Positions 11,057-23,200 of a stretch of DNA of 64,000 nucleotides are shown in pieces. Position numbers and translations under genes: made by a program. Source of the DNA: a bacterium (GTDB taxonomy: Bacteria; Bacteroidota; Bacteroidia; Bacteroidales; Bacteroidaceae); contig CAVKLF010000001.1 in assembly GCA_963657075.1 (NCBI GenBank), forward strand, positions 40,749 through 104,748. The letters run 5' to 3'. Numbering within the stretch: the stretch's first letter is position 1; each line of letters begins with the position of its first letter. The notes below the pieces were generated by a model. It was not told the DNA's origin. It was given only the letters and a program-made list of their open reading frames with translations, and did no database searches.

Positions 11057-13051
11057 ATGGAAAGTACTATCGACAACAATATGGAAAAGGTAAGGATACT
11101 GGAGCTACTGGCTCCTGCCAAGAATTTGGAGTGTGGCATCGCTGCCATCGACCATGGTGCGGATGCCGTGTATATAGGTGCCCCTCGCTTTGGGGCACGT
11201 GCGGCTGCAGGCAATTCTCTCGACGATATCAAGCAACTCTGCGACTATGCTCATCTGTTTGGTGCAAAGGTGCATGTTACGGTGAATACTATCATCTATG
11301 ACAAGGAGTTGAAAGACACCTTGAAGATGATTAGTGAGTTGGATAAGATTGGTGTAGATGCTATCTTGCTGCAAGACATGGGGGTGTTCGATGCGATAAT
11401 GGCAAATAATCTGTGGAGTAGGGAGTTGCATTCTAGTACACAATGCGACGTGCGCACGCCAGAGAAGGCTTATTGGCTTACTACCTTAGGATTCTGTCGT
11501 ATCGTATTGGCGCGTGAACTCTCCTTGGAAGAAATCAAAGCTATCCATGATAAAATACCAGATAGGGAGATTGAGGTCTTTGTGCATGGTGCTCTCTGCG
11601 TAAGTTATTCGGGGGTATGTTACGCCTCGGAGAAATGTTTCGGACGATCAGCCAATCGTGGAGAGTGCGCGCAGTTCTGTCGAATGAAGTTTGATTTGCT
11701 CGATGCTGATGACAAAGAAATCGAGCATCAGCGATACCTGCTTTCGCTCAAAGATCTCTGCCAAATCGATCATCTGCGGGAGTTGGCTGATGCTGGTGCC
11801 TCTTCCTTCAAAATAGAAGGACGCCTGAAGGATATCAACTATGTAAAGAATGTGGTGGCTGCATACAGTAGTCGGTTGGATGAAATTGTAAAGGCCAATC
11901 CTAGACGGTACAGACGTGCATCCAGAGGATATGTAGAATATAGTTTTACGCCTAATCTGAAGAAGACCTTCAACCGTGGATTTACCAATTATTTTCTGAA
12001 TGGCAGGCAACCCGATATAGCCTCCTTCGATACTCCTAAGGCAATGGGAGAGTATGTGGGGAAGGTTAAGGAGATTCGTGGCAATCAGTCCTTCAATGTT
12101 GCTACGGTGGCTAATTTTGTGAATGGAGATGGATTGTGCTTTATAAATGATGAGCATGAACTGGAGGGATTTCGTGTGAATCGTGCCGTGGGCAATCGCC
12201 TCTTTCCATTTCGTATGCCTGAGCATCTGCGTCCGGGTATGGCTCTCTATCGTAATAATGACAGAGCTTTTGAGGCTATATTGTCTCGTCTGTCGGCAGT
12301 AAGAAAAATTCCGCTCATCCTTACCCTTCAACCAGTCAAGGACAACCAGACTCAGGGACTGCCATTGGGCATCAAGGCTATGGCTAGCGTGATAATTAGA
12401 CCTGGTGTAAATATTGACTATGTATGTAAGGATGCAGAAATATTCAAGGAGTTTTCTTTGGAACCGGCGAAGCGTTCTCAGCGAGAAAACATGAAGATGC
12501 AACTTGGCAAATTGGGCGAAACGATTTACGAAGCATATGATGTTGAGCTGAAAGATGGAATGGAGAATTATTTTGTACCCAACAGTATACTGACTGCCAT
12601 TCGTCGTGAGTTATTGGAAAAGCTGGATAAGTCCTACGTTAATCGCCTAGTTCATGATGGTGTGGACAGAAGGCAATCTTATGCTCCTTCTGGTTTAACT
12701 CAACCTGTTGAGCATACACTGAGTGAAGGCGAATTCGTTTGGCAACAGGAGTATGCTAAATGGGGCTATCTGTATAATGTCGCCAATGCCAGTGCGCAGA
12801 AATTCTACGAGACGCATGGACTCAAGAATGTTAAGCCTGCCTTCGAGATAAATAAGAATAATATGGTAGCCAAGAGTGAGGCTCTTATCATGCAGTGCCG
12901 TTATTGTCTGCGTTATTCTCTAGGCTATTGCGTAAAACGTGGGGGAAGGAAACCAATTTGGAAGGAACCACTCTTCTTACGCTTGGGGGACGGGCGTAAA
13001 TTTCGTTTGGATTTTGTTTGCAACGAATGCCAGATGAACATAATAGGCTAG
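11057..13051 (+). CDS. Peptidase U32 family protein with long C-terminal region (RlhA-like RNA hydroxylation factor)
   Basis: ELLAPA, GADAVYIG, HGALCVSYSGVC, NRGECAQFCR, FKIEGR motifs. Confidence 0.85.
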   Translation: MESTIDNNMEKVRILELLAPAKNLECGIAAIDHGADAVYIGAPRFGARAAAGNSLDDIKQLCDYAHLFGAKVHVTVNTIIYDKELKDTLKMISELDKIGVDAILLQDMGVFDAIMANNLWSRELHSSTQCDVRTPEKAYWLTTLGFCRIVLARELSLEEIKAIHDKIPDREIEVFVHGALCVSYSGVCYASEKCFGRSANRGECAQFCRMKFDLLDADDKEIEHQRYLLSLKDLCQIDHLRELADAGASSFKIEGRLKDINYVKNVVAAYSSRLDEIVKANPRRYRRASRGYVEYSFTPNLKKTFNRGFTNYFLNGRQPDIASFDTPKAMGEYVGKVKEIRGNQSFNVATVANFVNGDGLCFINDEHELEGFRVNRAVGNRLFPFRMPEHLRPGMALYRNNDRAFEAILSRLSAVRKIPLILTLQPVKDNQTQGLPLGIKAMASVIIRPGVNIDYVCKDAEIFKEFSLEPAKRSQRENMKMQLGKLGETIYEAYDVELKDGMENYFVPNSILTAIRRELLEKLDKSYVNRLVHDGVDRRQSYAPSGLTQPVEHTLSEGEFVWQQEYAKWGYLYNVANASAQKFYETHGLKNVKPAFEINKNNMVAKSEALIMQCRYCLRYSLGYCVKRGGRKPIWKEPLFLRLGDGRKFRLDFVCNECQMNIIG

Positions 13052-13188
13052 ATTTGTCTAAACGTTTGATTTGTAGGTCTTTATAAAATTGTATTGGCTT
13101 TCAGAGAGTTATGAAAACGATTAAAAGTTACGTTTGACACGTTAAACGTGAAAAACGTGACCAAATGTTTAGAAATTGTTTAAAGATT

Positions 13189-14649
13189 ATGGCGACGTTT
13201 AAGACTGTAGTACAGAGCAAGAGGGCTGATGGGTATTATGTAGTTTATATCCGACTAACCCACAACAGAAAAGTTATCTATCTAAAAACGGATAAGATGG
13301 TTAACGACAAAGGTGTTACCTCCAAGAAAGAGGTGAAAGATACTTTTGTGCTTAACTCTTGCTTGTCTACCATCACAGGATGGATAGAGAAATTGAATAA
13401 GGTAGACCATGAGAAATGGTCAGCAGAGCAAGTGAGGGATTTTCTCCTGCAAAATGATGATGACATCTGTTTCTCTGATTTCTCTAGGGCTTATTTGGAT
13501 AAGATAAGAGGTTCTTATATGCCTCATTCCATCCAACGTTATGAAGCTGCTTTGAAAAGTCTGGAAACTTATGCCAATAATCCGCATATCCGCTTTTCTG
13601 AACTGACAACGGCATTCATAGAAGGTTGGATAGACTCGATGAAAGGTTTCAGACGAATCAAAATGCTATATCCCATATTGATCAAGCGATTGTTTAACGA
13701 GGGTGTAAAGCAATACAATGACTACGATACCGGGTTGATGCGTATCAAGCGGAATCCTTGGGTAAAAGTGGAAATACCGAAATCGGCTACTCCTGAGAAG
13801 AAGGCAATAACAATGGAAGATTGTCGTGCGTTTTTCGCCTTACCAGCAGACTCTTATAAGCACCAGCAAGCACTGGATGTTTGCAAGATGATATTTTGCC
13901 TGGCAGGAATCAACACAGCAGATTTGTTTGAGATGAAGAAGACAAGCTTGTATGATGGCATTATTCATTACGAGCGTAAAAAGACACGCAACAAGCGAGC
14001 AGACAGAGCCTATATAGAAATGCGTGTGCCCGATATGCTCATGCCTACATTCGAGAAGTATAGAACAGACGAGAACGATGAATACCTGTTTGATTTCCAT
14101 AAACGCTATTGTTCTCCAGACAGTTTTGCTAATAGTGTCGGTACCAATGTTCATTATCTGTGTAAAGAGAAACTTGGAATGACAGAGTCTCTTTATACCC
14201 CTTATACATTTCGCCACACATGGGCTACCATAGCACAGAATGATGTCGGTGCCAGCTATGAGGAGATAGGTTTTGCATTGAACCATATCAGCACGCACAA
14301 GATAACAATGGGCTATGTAAAGCCGGACTTTACCAGAGCATGGGAACTGAATGAAAAGGTGATAGAGAAAGTGTTTTTCACGAATGAGAAAAGCAAGCGA
14401 CTCTCGCATAAGAGAGAAACAGTAGAGGTTTCTCCAGAAGCTTGCGTCTTTACTGCCGATGCCTACTTCATGGGCGAGGTGGTGGCTCACGTAGAAGGCA
14501 AGGGCTATCGGAATACAGACGAGATACTGGACCAGCTGATGGCTCGTATCACGGACGATGTACCAAATCCATGTACCATACAGATAAAGGTGAGGAACAT
14601 AACCCAAGAACAAACCCGGTATTTTGAACGTGCCAGAGGCAATAAGTAG
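13189..14649 (+). CDS. int: Tyrosine recombinase / phage integrase with C-terminal extension
   Basis: N-terminal arm-binding-like region (VYIRLTHNRK), YERKKT, YTFRHTWAT, LNHIS...MGY catalytic motifs; start at ATG MATFK. Confidence 0.9.
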   Translation: MATFKTVVQSKRADGYYVVYIRLTHNRKVIYLKTDKMVNDKGVTSKKEVKDTFVLNSCLSTITGWIEKLNKVDHEKWSAEQVRDFLLQNDDDICFSDFSRAYLDKIRGSYMPHSIQRYEAALKSLETYANNPHIRFSELTTAFIEGWIDSMKGFRRIKMLYPILIKRLFNEGVKQYNDYDTGLMRIKRNPWVKVEIPKSATPEKKAITMEDCRAFFALPADSYKHQQALDVCKMIFCLAGINTADLFEMKKTSLYDGIIHYERKKTRNKRADRAYIEMRVPDMLMPTFEKYRTDENDEYLFDFHKRYCSPDSFANSVGTNVHYLCKEKLGMTESLYTPYTFRHTWATIAQNDVGASYEEIGFALNHISTHKITMGYVKPDFTRAWELNEKVIEKVFFTNEKSKRLSHKRETVEVSPEACVFTADAYFMGEVVAHVEGKGYRNTDEILDQLMARITDDVPNPCTIQIKVRNITQEQTRYFERARGNK

Positions 14650-14652
14650 CCA

Positions 14653-14697
14653 ATAGACGTTAAAAATGCGCCTATAGACGTTAAAACAAGACGTTTA
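14653..14697 (+). repeat. Direct repeats ATAGACGTTAAAA x2 (21-bp period) plus a partial third copy
   Basis: 14653-14665, 14674-14686, and AGACGTTTA at 14689-14697. Confidence 0.75.
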
Positions 14698-14713
14698 TAG
14701 CTAGAATACAGAC

Positions 14714-14766
14714 AGAGGGTAGTCTTCTCTAAAGTTGGAGAAATTTTAGAGAGGGCTACCCCTTTT
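14714..14766. terminator. Long hairpin between convergent genes, probable terminator
   Basis: AGGGTAGTCTTCTCTAAA ... TTTAGAGAGGGCTACCC, followed by T run. Confidence 0.7.
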
Positions 14767-14771
14767 CGTGA

Positions 14772-15155
14772 TTAGCCATTGTTAACAATCTTAAGATTCT
14801 TGATGTTGATAGTGGTCTCTTGTTTTTCAAATTTCTCCTCCAGTTTCATGAATGACTCTTCCACAGAGAGGTTTCTTGTCTCGTCATTTCCAAAGGAGAC
14901 AGACTGCAACTTAGGAGCCACATAAGGCAAGAACTTAGCCACCATTGCCAATCGTCCAGCAGGTTCCTCAATCTGCATGAGGTCTTTAGCCAGAGAAAAT
15001 CCTTTTTCGTTGATACCGTTGAGATAGCCAGTGATGGCATCCCGAAGGCTTTCACGCACCGTTTTCGTTACCTTATTGGGTGTTCCAGCCTTTCTGCCTC
15101 CAGTTTTCTTTCTTTTCTCCTTTGGTTCATTCTTCTTCTCATTATTTATAGCCAT
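14772..15155 (-). CDS. Putative terminase small subunit-like protein
   Basis: KTGGRKAGTPNK motif typical of small terminase-like phage proteins. Confidence 0.5.
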   Translation of the reverse strand: MAINNEKKNEPKEKRKKTGGRKAGTPNKVTKTVRESLRDAITGYLNGINEKGFSLAKDLMQIEEPAGRLAMVAKFLPYVAPKLQSVSFGNDETRNLSVEESFMKLEEKFEKQETTINIKNLKIVNNG

Positions 15156-15195
15156 GATACTTAATATATTTGTGAGTACTGATAGTTTTCGGATG

Positions 15196-15277
15196 CAAAT
15201 ATACTAAAAAATCCCACACGATGACATACGACTTGCGCAACTTATCCAAAGCAATAGCGAAAAACACATTACTTTTG
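15196..15277. promoter_or_regulatory. Divergent promoter pair centred on the TTGCGCAACTTATCC motif
   Basis: Motif 15233-15247; + strand TACTTTTG 15270-15277; - strand TATATTTG 15196-15203, symmetric about the motif centre. Confidence 0.7.
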
Positions 15278-15307
15278 GCAAAGTTTAAACATTAAAATTC
15301 GAATTTT

Positions 15308-15811
15308 ATGGGAATGATAGGAAGTATTGCAGGTGGAGTAACCTCGGCAGCAGGTGGTCTTCTTGCATCCAAGAAACAGAGTAAAGCATACGATGAATAC
15401 ATTAAAACCTATGAAAATCGTATGCAGCAAGTGAAGGATCATCGTGATAATCTTTATTATCAAGATCCTACGCAATCAGCCGAAAACCAAGTGGCAGTAA
15501 CCAATGCGCAGAAGGTATTGGACAATGCCACGAAGACGACAAAGAACACCAATATAGTAAGTGGTGGTAGCGACGAGTCTGTAGCCATGAGCAAGCAATC
15601 GGCAGCCGAACAAGTAGGCAACATGATGCAGCAAGCAGCCGTGCAAGGTGCCCAAAACAAGGAGAACGTTTGGAACTCGGCAGACTCACAGATCAATGAG
15701 ATGACCAACTATATAGCCAATGCCAAGAAAGAGAAGGGACTGGCACAAGCGCAAGCCATACAGGGTGCAGCTAGTGGACTGGCTAGTGCAGCAAGTAGTA
15801 TGCCATGGTAA
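15308..15811 (+). CDS. Putative internal virion / DNA ejection protein
   Basis: Gly/Ala-rich amphipathic N- and C-termini with a Q-rich helical core; precedes the giant virion-like gene. Confidence 0.5.
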   Translation: MGMIGSIAGGVTSAAGGLLASKKQSKAYDEYIKTYENRMQQVKDHRDNLYYQDPTQSAENQVAVTNAQKVLDNATKTTKNTNIVSGGSDESVAMSKQSAAEQVGNMMQQAAVQGAQNKENVWNSADSQINEMTNYIANAKKEKGLAQAQAIQGAASGLASAASSMPW

Positions 15812-15826
15812 GGAAAGGAGGTATAT

Positions 15827-17209
15827 ATGGGATTTTTTGACAACAAATTTAAACTACAGACTTCCACGGTTACGCCTGTTACCGGCTTCCCCTCAGACGA
15901 TAATGGAACGTCTGCACCTACTCAGGAAGTCGTAGCCCCACAAGTACAGACTCCAACTCAAGATGTTCCTACTCCGCAGTCATCAACTCTGGAGGTCACT
16001 ACTCCGCAGTCGCCTACTCAAGAGGTATCATCTGCACAGTCGCCTACTCAGAATGCCTCTACTCCACAAGCAGAAGCATCCCCTGAAGTACAGACACCGA
16101 CACCGCCAAATGGGGATGATACAACAGCACAGGCAGTTTCTGCTCCAAGTCCAGAAAGCACTAGCACGCCATCCGCAGATGCAACCATGGTTACTCCTGG
16201 CCAAGGTATCGGTATAGACTGGAGCAAGTCTTATTCAGAAATAGAGCACAACCCCATTCTGCAACAGATGAAGCCCTACGACATCATGAGGGACTTCCAG
16301 AAGAATGGTAATGGCGACTATGCCACCTTCATGCCTTGGCTTCAATCGCTAGGAGATGCAGACAAGACGGTAGCGGCAAATGAAGCTTTGCGCAAGAAGG
16401 CAGAGAAACAAGCCAAATGGGAGCAATGGGGCAACCTGTTCCAGCATCTAGGCAACTTCTTGGGCACAACCCTCGGTGCACCTGAGCAGAAGGTGGAGTC
16501 TATGAAAGATTTGACGGAACGCCAGCGCAAGATGAGGGAGTCTACCAATGCCCTTCGCCAGAAAGGCTACGACCAGATGATGGTGAACATCTACAAGGAC
16601 AGAGCCGACAAGCAAGCGCAGATGAAAGCGGAGGCAGCAGCCAAGGCAGATGAGGCTCTTGCCCAGTACCGAGGCTCGCAGAAGAAACAGACTGATGCCC
16701 TTACTCCTGAGAAGGTGAAGACGGAACAGGCAAGACAAGCAGCTTCCACTGCCGCAGCAGGACTTTCCACCGCAAAGACTAAGACAGAGGACGAGTTGAG
16801 AGGAAAGAGAGGACAGCTGATTACCGCCCAGACCAACAATGCCAATGCCGGAGCAGCCGACCATGCCGCAGGAGTGGCAGTGAAGGGAGCGCAGATAAAG
16901 CACATCAATTCACAGACAGAGGGACAGAATCTGAAGAATGCCGCTGGTAAGGAAGCAGACGATTTCAACTACAACTATGTGAACGACCCTACCTTCAAGA
17001 AGTACGTGAACCAATGGGCTAGCCACAATGGTATGGCCATCGGTGGAAATGATGGAACAGGTGGCACTTGGGCTAATGAGAAGAATCGCCAGCAAGCATC
17101 CAAGTGGGCGAAGGCACAGATACAGCGAGACAAGACACCGCCATCCAAGCGACCTAATGGTGGAGGAAGCAGTAACAAGATTCCACCATCGAGAAGAAAG
17201 AAACAATAA
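15827..17209 (+). CDS. Putative ejection protein with T/P/Q repeat N-terminus
   Basis: ~10-aa SPTQEVxxxQ-like repeats, Ala-rich helical region; position in the operon. Confidence 0.5.
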   Translation: MGFFDNKFKLQTSTVTPVTGFPSDDNGTSAPTQEVVAPQVQTPTQDVPTPQSSTLEVTTPQSPTQEVSSAQSPTQNASTPQAEASPEVQTPTPPNGDDTTAQAVSAPSPESTSTPSADATMVTPGQGIGIDWSKSYSEIEHNPILQQMKPYDIMRDFQKNGNGDYATFMPWLQSLGDADKTVAANEALRKKAEKQAKWEQWGNLFQHLGNFLGTTLGAPEQKVESMKDLTERQRKMRESTNALRQKGYDQMMVNIYKDRADKQAQMKAEAAAKADEALAQYRGSQKKQTDALTPEKVKTEQARQAASTAAAGLSTAKTKTEDELRGKRGQLITAQTNNANAGAADHAAGVAVKGAQIKHINSQTEGQNLKNAAGKEADDFNYNYVNDPTFKKYVNQWASHNGMAIGGNDGTGGTWANEKNRQQASKWAKAQIQRDKTPPSKRPNGGGSSNKIPPSRRKKQ

Positions 17210-17238
17210 GATATTAATCAAAAAAAAATCAAATCAAT

Positions 17239-20200
17239 ATGTTTGACGAGCAAGACAGAAAGTATTTCTATGACGAGTTCAAAAACAATGGCTACCAAGT
17301 AGGCAGCTACGATGACTTCAAGAAGGACTTGAACAACAAGGAAGACCGTGACTGGTACTATAATGAAGCCAAGAACATGGGCTACGACGTGGGTACTCAG
17401 GCGGACTTCGACAAGATGGTGCTTGAAGCAGCTCCTTCTTCGCCAGCCCCTTCTGCATCTCCTTCACCTCAGAATACCAAGCAAGAGCAGCTGGTGCCAA
17501 AGACTGAGGCAAAGCAAGCCCAAAAGCCTTCGGCAACGATAGCGAAACCACAGGAGCAGCCTTCATCTGTCAATGAATCCCCCAGCCTTATCTCGCAAGC
17601 CCTTGGCATGATACCGAACGTAGATGCAGGCAATATTGGCAAAGAGCAAAGGATGGGCAGCATGCTTAACAACTTCTCTTTGGGAGGTAGCGAAGAGCAA
17701 CCACAACAGCAAGGCGAAAAAGCACCACAGCAAGCGCAAGTACAAGAGGCGACTACTTCTCCTACGGGAACAGCTTCAGCATCTCCAAGCATCGTGAATA
17801 ATGAGGGGCTGCTGGATGCCAAGCTATCCAACTATATCGAGAATTGGAAGCAGAGACCCGACCAAGAGAACGGCTATTTCCAAAACATGGTAGCCGATCT
17901 GTTGGCAGATGGCACAGCCAATACCAACGAGGAAGCAGTGAACATCGTGAAATCAGCTTTGGGCAGATATGCCAACCGTCAGGCGATGGACGCAACCAGC
18001 AAGGTAGTTTCTGCTTTGCCAGATGATACCGTGCAAGATGCCGAACGGAACATCGAGGCACAATGGTATAGCCATGGAGTGCAAGACAAATTGAAGCAGG
18101 AGGCGCAGTCGATGGGTATCAGCTACGATGACTATGTGGCTCAATTCCTGAAGCCTGCCATGGTACAGAATCTTGTGCAGAAATATGGTCAGAACTATCG
18201 CAACATGGCCGAGGATATAGCCACACGCTTGTATTCGCACGATGAGCACGTACAGGACAGACTGATGAACCAAGATATCAACGATGCCCTTGCCTCAGTT
18301 ATCGGCAAGTATGTGAGTCCATCCGTAGTAGACGAGTACAACAAGGCGCAAGAGGCAGGTGGCAAAGCTTTCAGCGAGGGTATGGAAGGCAGTCAGTATG
18401 TACCAGCCAATCTTCGTCTAGGCACGGCTATTGCTTCACAGTACGAGGCTAACCAAGCCAAAGACCCTAAGAAGGTGCTGAATACCTTGCAGAAGAAATT
18501 CGGCAAACTCTACCAGAACCAGCAGTTCTTGAACGACATAGCAGATGCAGCCTCGGGAGTGATGCAGCAATATAATATGCAAGGCGGTCTGAGTGGAGAC
18601 CCCAAGCAATTTCAGCCGATGATCAATGCCGCCCTGAAGAACGAGCTAGACCAGCTGGAGGTGAAGGGCATGATGCCGAAGGGCAGTGCCGAGTACATCA
18701 TGAAGACAGGACTTGGTAACACCATCGTGGGCAAGATAACACGCAAGGCCATGCAGACCGACTACCAGAACTGGCTGGAGGATATTGCCAACCAGCAGTA
18801 TCAGCCGGGTTTCTGGGAGAACGTGGCAAGCGGAGCGTTGACCTTTGCAGGTGATGCTTGGAGCTATTGGCTTCCCGGTGCAGTAGGCAGCAAGATTACC
18901 AAGAGTATGCTTGCCAAGGCCGAGGGTAGACTGGCTACCGACCTTTGGGCTAAGGGTATGGAGCGCAAGATGGCAGAGCGTGCCGCAAAGGTGCTCATAG
19001 GCAAGAGCAAGGGGATGGCGTTGAAGAGTGGTGCAGCCCATGGTGCAGCTACCTTTGGTGGTCAGTCGGCCATCTCGAAGCCTATTGATGAGGCGTACCA
19101 TACAGGTCAGTTTGATGAGGACGGCAAGATATACAAACCTTCTGTCGGCAAGATACTTGCAAACGCCTTGGGTGAGGTGGCCAAGCAGAGTGCCGTGGGT
19201 GCCATCATGCAAGGTGGTACGGTAGCCAATATGATAGGCAAGGGCAGGGGCTTGGCTACCAACATTCTCGCAGATGTAGGCGGCAAGGTAGTGGACTCCA
19301 GCATCATGACAGGTCAGCAGATGTTGGAGCGTATGGCGCATGACCCCAACTTCAAACCCACAGGCAAGGATGCAGCGGAGAGTTTCTTGGAGAGCATGGC
19401 AAACCTCACAGCCATCGGTTTGCCCGGCATGATGGGCAAGTATGCCCGATTCAAGGATGCTAGGGAATTTAACCGCAAGTACGACTTCAATGAGCAAGAT
19501 ATAGCCGAGCTGAAAAAGCACGGCTATGATGGTTTGCGTGATGCTTTTGAGAAGGTGGGCATCTATAACAAGGTTAACAAGGCAAGCGATGTACATGTGG
19601 AAGAATCCCCTAATCCGCAGTCGCATGGATGGAATACTGATCTTGCCGAAAATATAGGCATCAAGAAACTAGGCGAGCCGAAAAATGTAGATAGACCAAT
19701 AATAGAAGCACCCGAAGTTAAAGCTCTCACTAATGAGTATATGGACTTGTTGAGTGATAAGAGTGTGCCAGAGGTATTGAAGGCGAAGATGATGGCCGTG
19801 GTGGAAGGCAAGCGCCCTTCATCCTTTTCGCCAATGATCGACACCAATATCGAAGAGGCAGATGATGGTAAGGTTTATCTTGAAACTTTGAATAAGGATG
19901 GAGGCGTCATAGAACGTCTAGAGTACTCTTCACTTGACGAGGCTCAGAAGGCAGAGAAGAAGCTGGAATACGAGAAGACTCTAGGTTTGGCTTCTGTGCT
20001 GGAAGGTGAGTACCATAAGGAGTATCTTGACGACCATCTTTTTGACCTCTACAATCAAGCTGCCCAAAAGTACTATATGGGTGAGAAATTGAGCGATGAA
20101 GAAAAGGCGGCAGTCTATCTTCGTCAGAATGCAGTTGAAATAGGGGACATAATGAGAAAGCGGTTGAGTGGAACCTCACTTACAGCAGAAGAGCAGAAGC

Positions 20201-23200
20201 AAGTGGAAGCCTATCAGCATTTCTATTCTTCAGCAATGGAGAATAGTTCTGTGATGAGAGATTTTGTCAGCACATTCGAAGACTCGAATGATGTACCTCG
20301 TGGCACGCTTCGCAGAGCTTTGGAATCGAAGGACAAGAAATATGCGTCTTTGGTGGAATCATATCTTAAAGAGCTTTACAATTCCATCAAGCTAAAACGA
20401 GAAATGAGACAAACTGCCGAAGAACTGCACAAAACCTCAGAGGGTGAAAAGAATAATGAAGTAGAGGGTAAGGACGCTTCCACTGAAGTGACTCCTTCCG
20501 AAGAGGTTACGGAGACTCCTGCTGAAAAGCCAGCCAGTTCCCCCACTTCTTCTGATGTTCCGCCCACAGAACCACCTACACCACCAGTTGGAGGGGGAGC
20601 GTCTTCCGATGCAGAGGGCACACCTGCCGAGGGTAGCGGTGCAAGCAATGAGCCTAAGGTTGCAAGTAATGGAACTAATGTGGCAACCTCGGGGTCAAAT
20701 GTGGCAAGCTCAGAGCCAAATGTGGCAACCTCTGATGCCTACGTGATGGGGCAGAATGCGTACAAGAATGGAGATGCAGAAGGCTTGAAAGCTATCGACC
20801 ACAATTTCGATGTAGCAGAGCTTCGCTTACAGCGTGCCTTCAATGGTGACGAGAAGATGATAAGTCTTATCTATCGTGCCATAGAGGAAGGCAGAGATAT
20901 GGAAACGTTCGTACAGCAACGTGCAGGGCATCTCACACCAGCACAGAAAGATGCTATCCGTAAGTATGCGGAGGCGATGGATGCCAAGAAGGGCGTGATG
21001 GAAGCCGTAGACCATGCAGACGATGGCTATGGCGAGGCACTGACAGAACAGCTATGGCCTTATGCCACAGAAGACGGAAGCATAGTACCTGTTACCTTGC
21101 AGGACGGCAAGACCGCCTTCCTGAAGAAAGCCAACGAGTATGGTGGAGCATTCGTAGCCACTACCGACGAGAATGGGAAGCCAGTAGTAAGGCTGTCATC
21201 TTCGGCTCAAATCAAGGAAAAGGGAGAGCCAGTGCCATTCCAAGACTATGTGAACCAGTTGGCAGCTCAGAAGCATGAGGAGACCTTGCAGAGCTTTAAT
21301 ACCATGCTTGACGGCAGTGGGTTTAAACGTGGGGACATTGTATCTGTTTCTATGGAAGAAGGCCTTAAGCCTTCCGAGGTTAAAGTAGTAGGCTACACTG
21401 GTGATGGACGAATTGTATTAACAGACACAGATGTTGACATTAATTCAAAAATAGACCCAGATGATTTGGAATATCTTTCTAAAGATGAGTTTGACGCAAT
21501 GCGTACCAATGCGCTGCGCAATACCATCAATGCCGAACTGGATGCTGAGGACGCACAGCGAGCCAATGAGGAAACAGCCAAGGCAGAGGCAGAGAAACAA
21601 GAGCGATACAAGAAGGGAATTTGGGGATATACAACAGGTCAGCCCGACTATGCAGACCCTCAGACCGACCCAAAGGTAGCAGCTGAGTATCTGCAAGAGA
21701 CTTCTGGAGCAGACCGTAAGGATCTCTTCTCTAACATCGCAGCCGAAAAACAAAGTTTACAGACTCGCATCAAGCAGTTAAGAGAGCATATCGCCAACAA
21801 TGAGGAGTGGCTGTCTCTGAATGCCGACCTAGACCCGAAGAATGCCGAGACCAGAACCTTGGCAAACAAGCAGATGCAAGGTCAGATAACAGACCTACAA
21901 ACCCGTTTCGACAACTGGAACAAGATACGTTCTGCTGTGATGACACCGGAAGAGGCAGCAGCCATCAAGAAAGACCGTACCCAGAAGATAGCCGATGCAG
22001 GCGTAAACGAAGGCGACATCGTGCCTATCGAGGGACGAGAGGTAGCCGTGCTGAGTGATGAGGAACTCAAGAAGCAATATCCTACGATGGATGAGGCTAG
22101 CGACTATATTACCTCAGAGCGCAAGCGTATCTATCAAATACAGAGTGACGAGGTGCAGAACGAAATCGACGGTGTAGACAAGGTGCTGAAACAATATACC
22201 GATGGCGAGATAGACTTGGAGCCAGAGCAAATCAGGGAGTTGAACACCACCAAGGCGCAGTTGCAAGCACGCCAGCAGAACCTCACAGAATCAGCTAAGG
22301 ACTTGAAGACTCAGGCCGACAAGCTAAAGAAACTCTATCTTAAAGAGAACAAGGTAGCCCGAGCCAAGGCGATAGGAGACATGACTCCAGCCGGACAACG
22401 AGCCGTGAAGGTAGCGAATGCCATCGAGGGCGGCAATCTTTCTCTGCTGAACAGCATCTATGAGGAGGTAAGAGGTGCGACCGATTTCAACAGCACAGAG
22501 CCAGACACTCTGGAAGAGTATGTAGCCAGCAATATCGGACGTTTCTCTTTGAACTATGAAGGCAAGGAGAAGAATGGAGTGCTTTCTAATGGTCTCCAGC
22601 AAGAGACTGGATTGGGACGCAAGGACTTCAACAAGTTGCAGATACTGGCAAAGGCAGGAGAGGGCAAGACCGTAGCCGAGTTTGTTCATGGGCTCTACAA
22701 CGGGATGCCCGAGCATCTCAGGGCCATGGGATATAACGACACGAGCATCAGGAACGCATTCCTCGAACTCGTGCGCAGTGCCGAGAGCTATTCCGACCTA
22801 AAGAACTACACCCTGAACAACAAGGTGTATGACGCAGAACAGAAGATGCAAGAGTTGGAGCGACAAAAGGCAGAAATGATGGAAGCCGAGGATGAAGGTG
22901 CTGTAGACCAGCAAGGAAATGGCAAGAAATTTGCAGAAAGACTGCAAAATGCCATTGCTGAGACGGAAACAGAGCCTACGGAGGCTCAGAAGAAGGCAGG
23001 GAACTACAAGAAGGGACACTTGCAATTCGGTGGCTACGACTATACTGTAGAGACACCGAAGGGCGCAACACGCAGTGGCGTGGACGAGCAAGGCAATCCT
23101 TGGAGCGTGACCATGCACGACACCTATGGCTATATCAAGGGTAAGATAGGCGTTGATGGCGACCATATAGATATGTTTGTCAATGATGATGCCGACCTTG

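Noticed and set aside
13052..13188. tRNA integration target
   Set aside because: No tRNA-like sequence recognised at the junction
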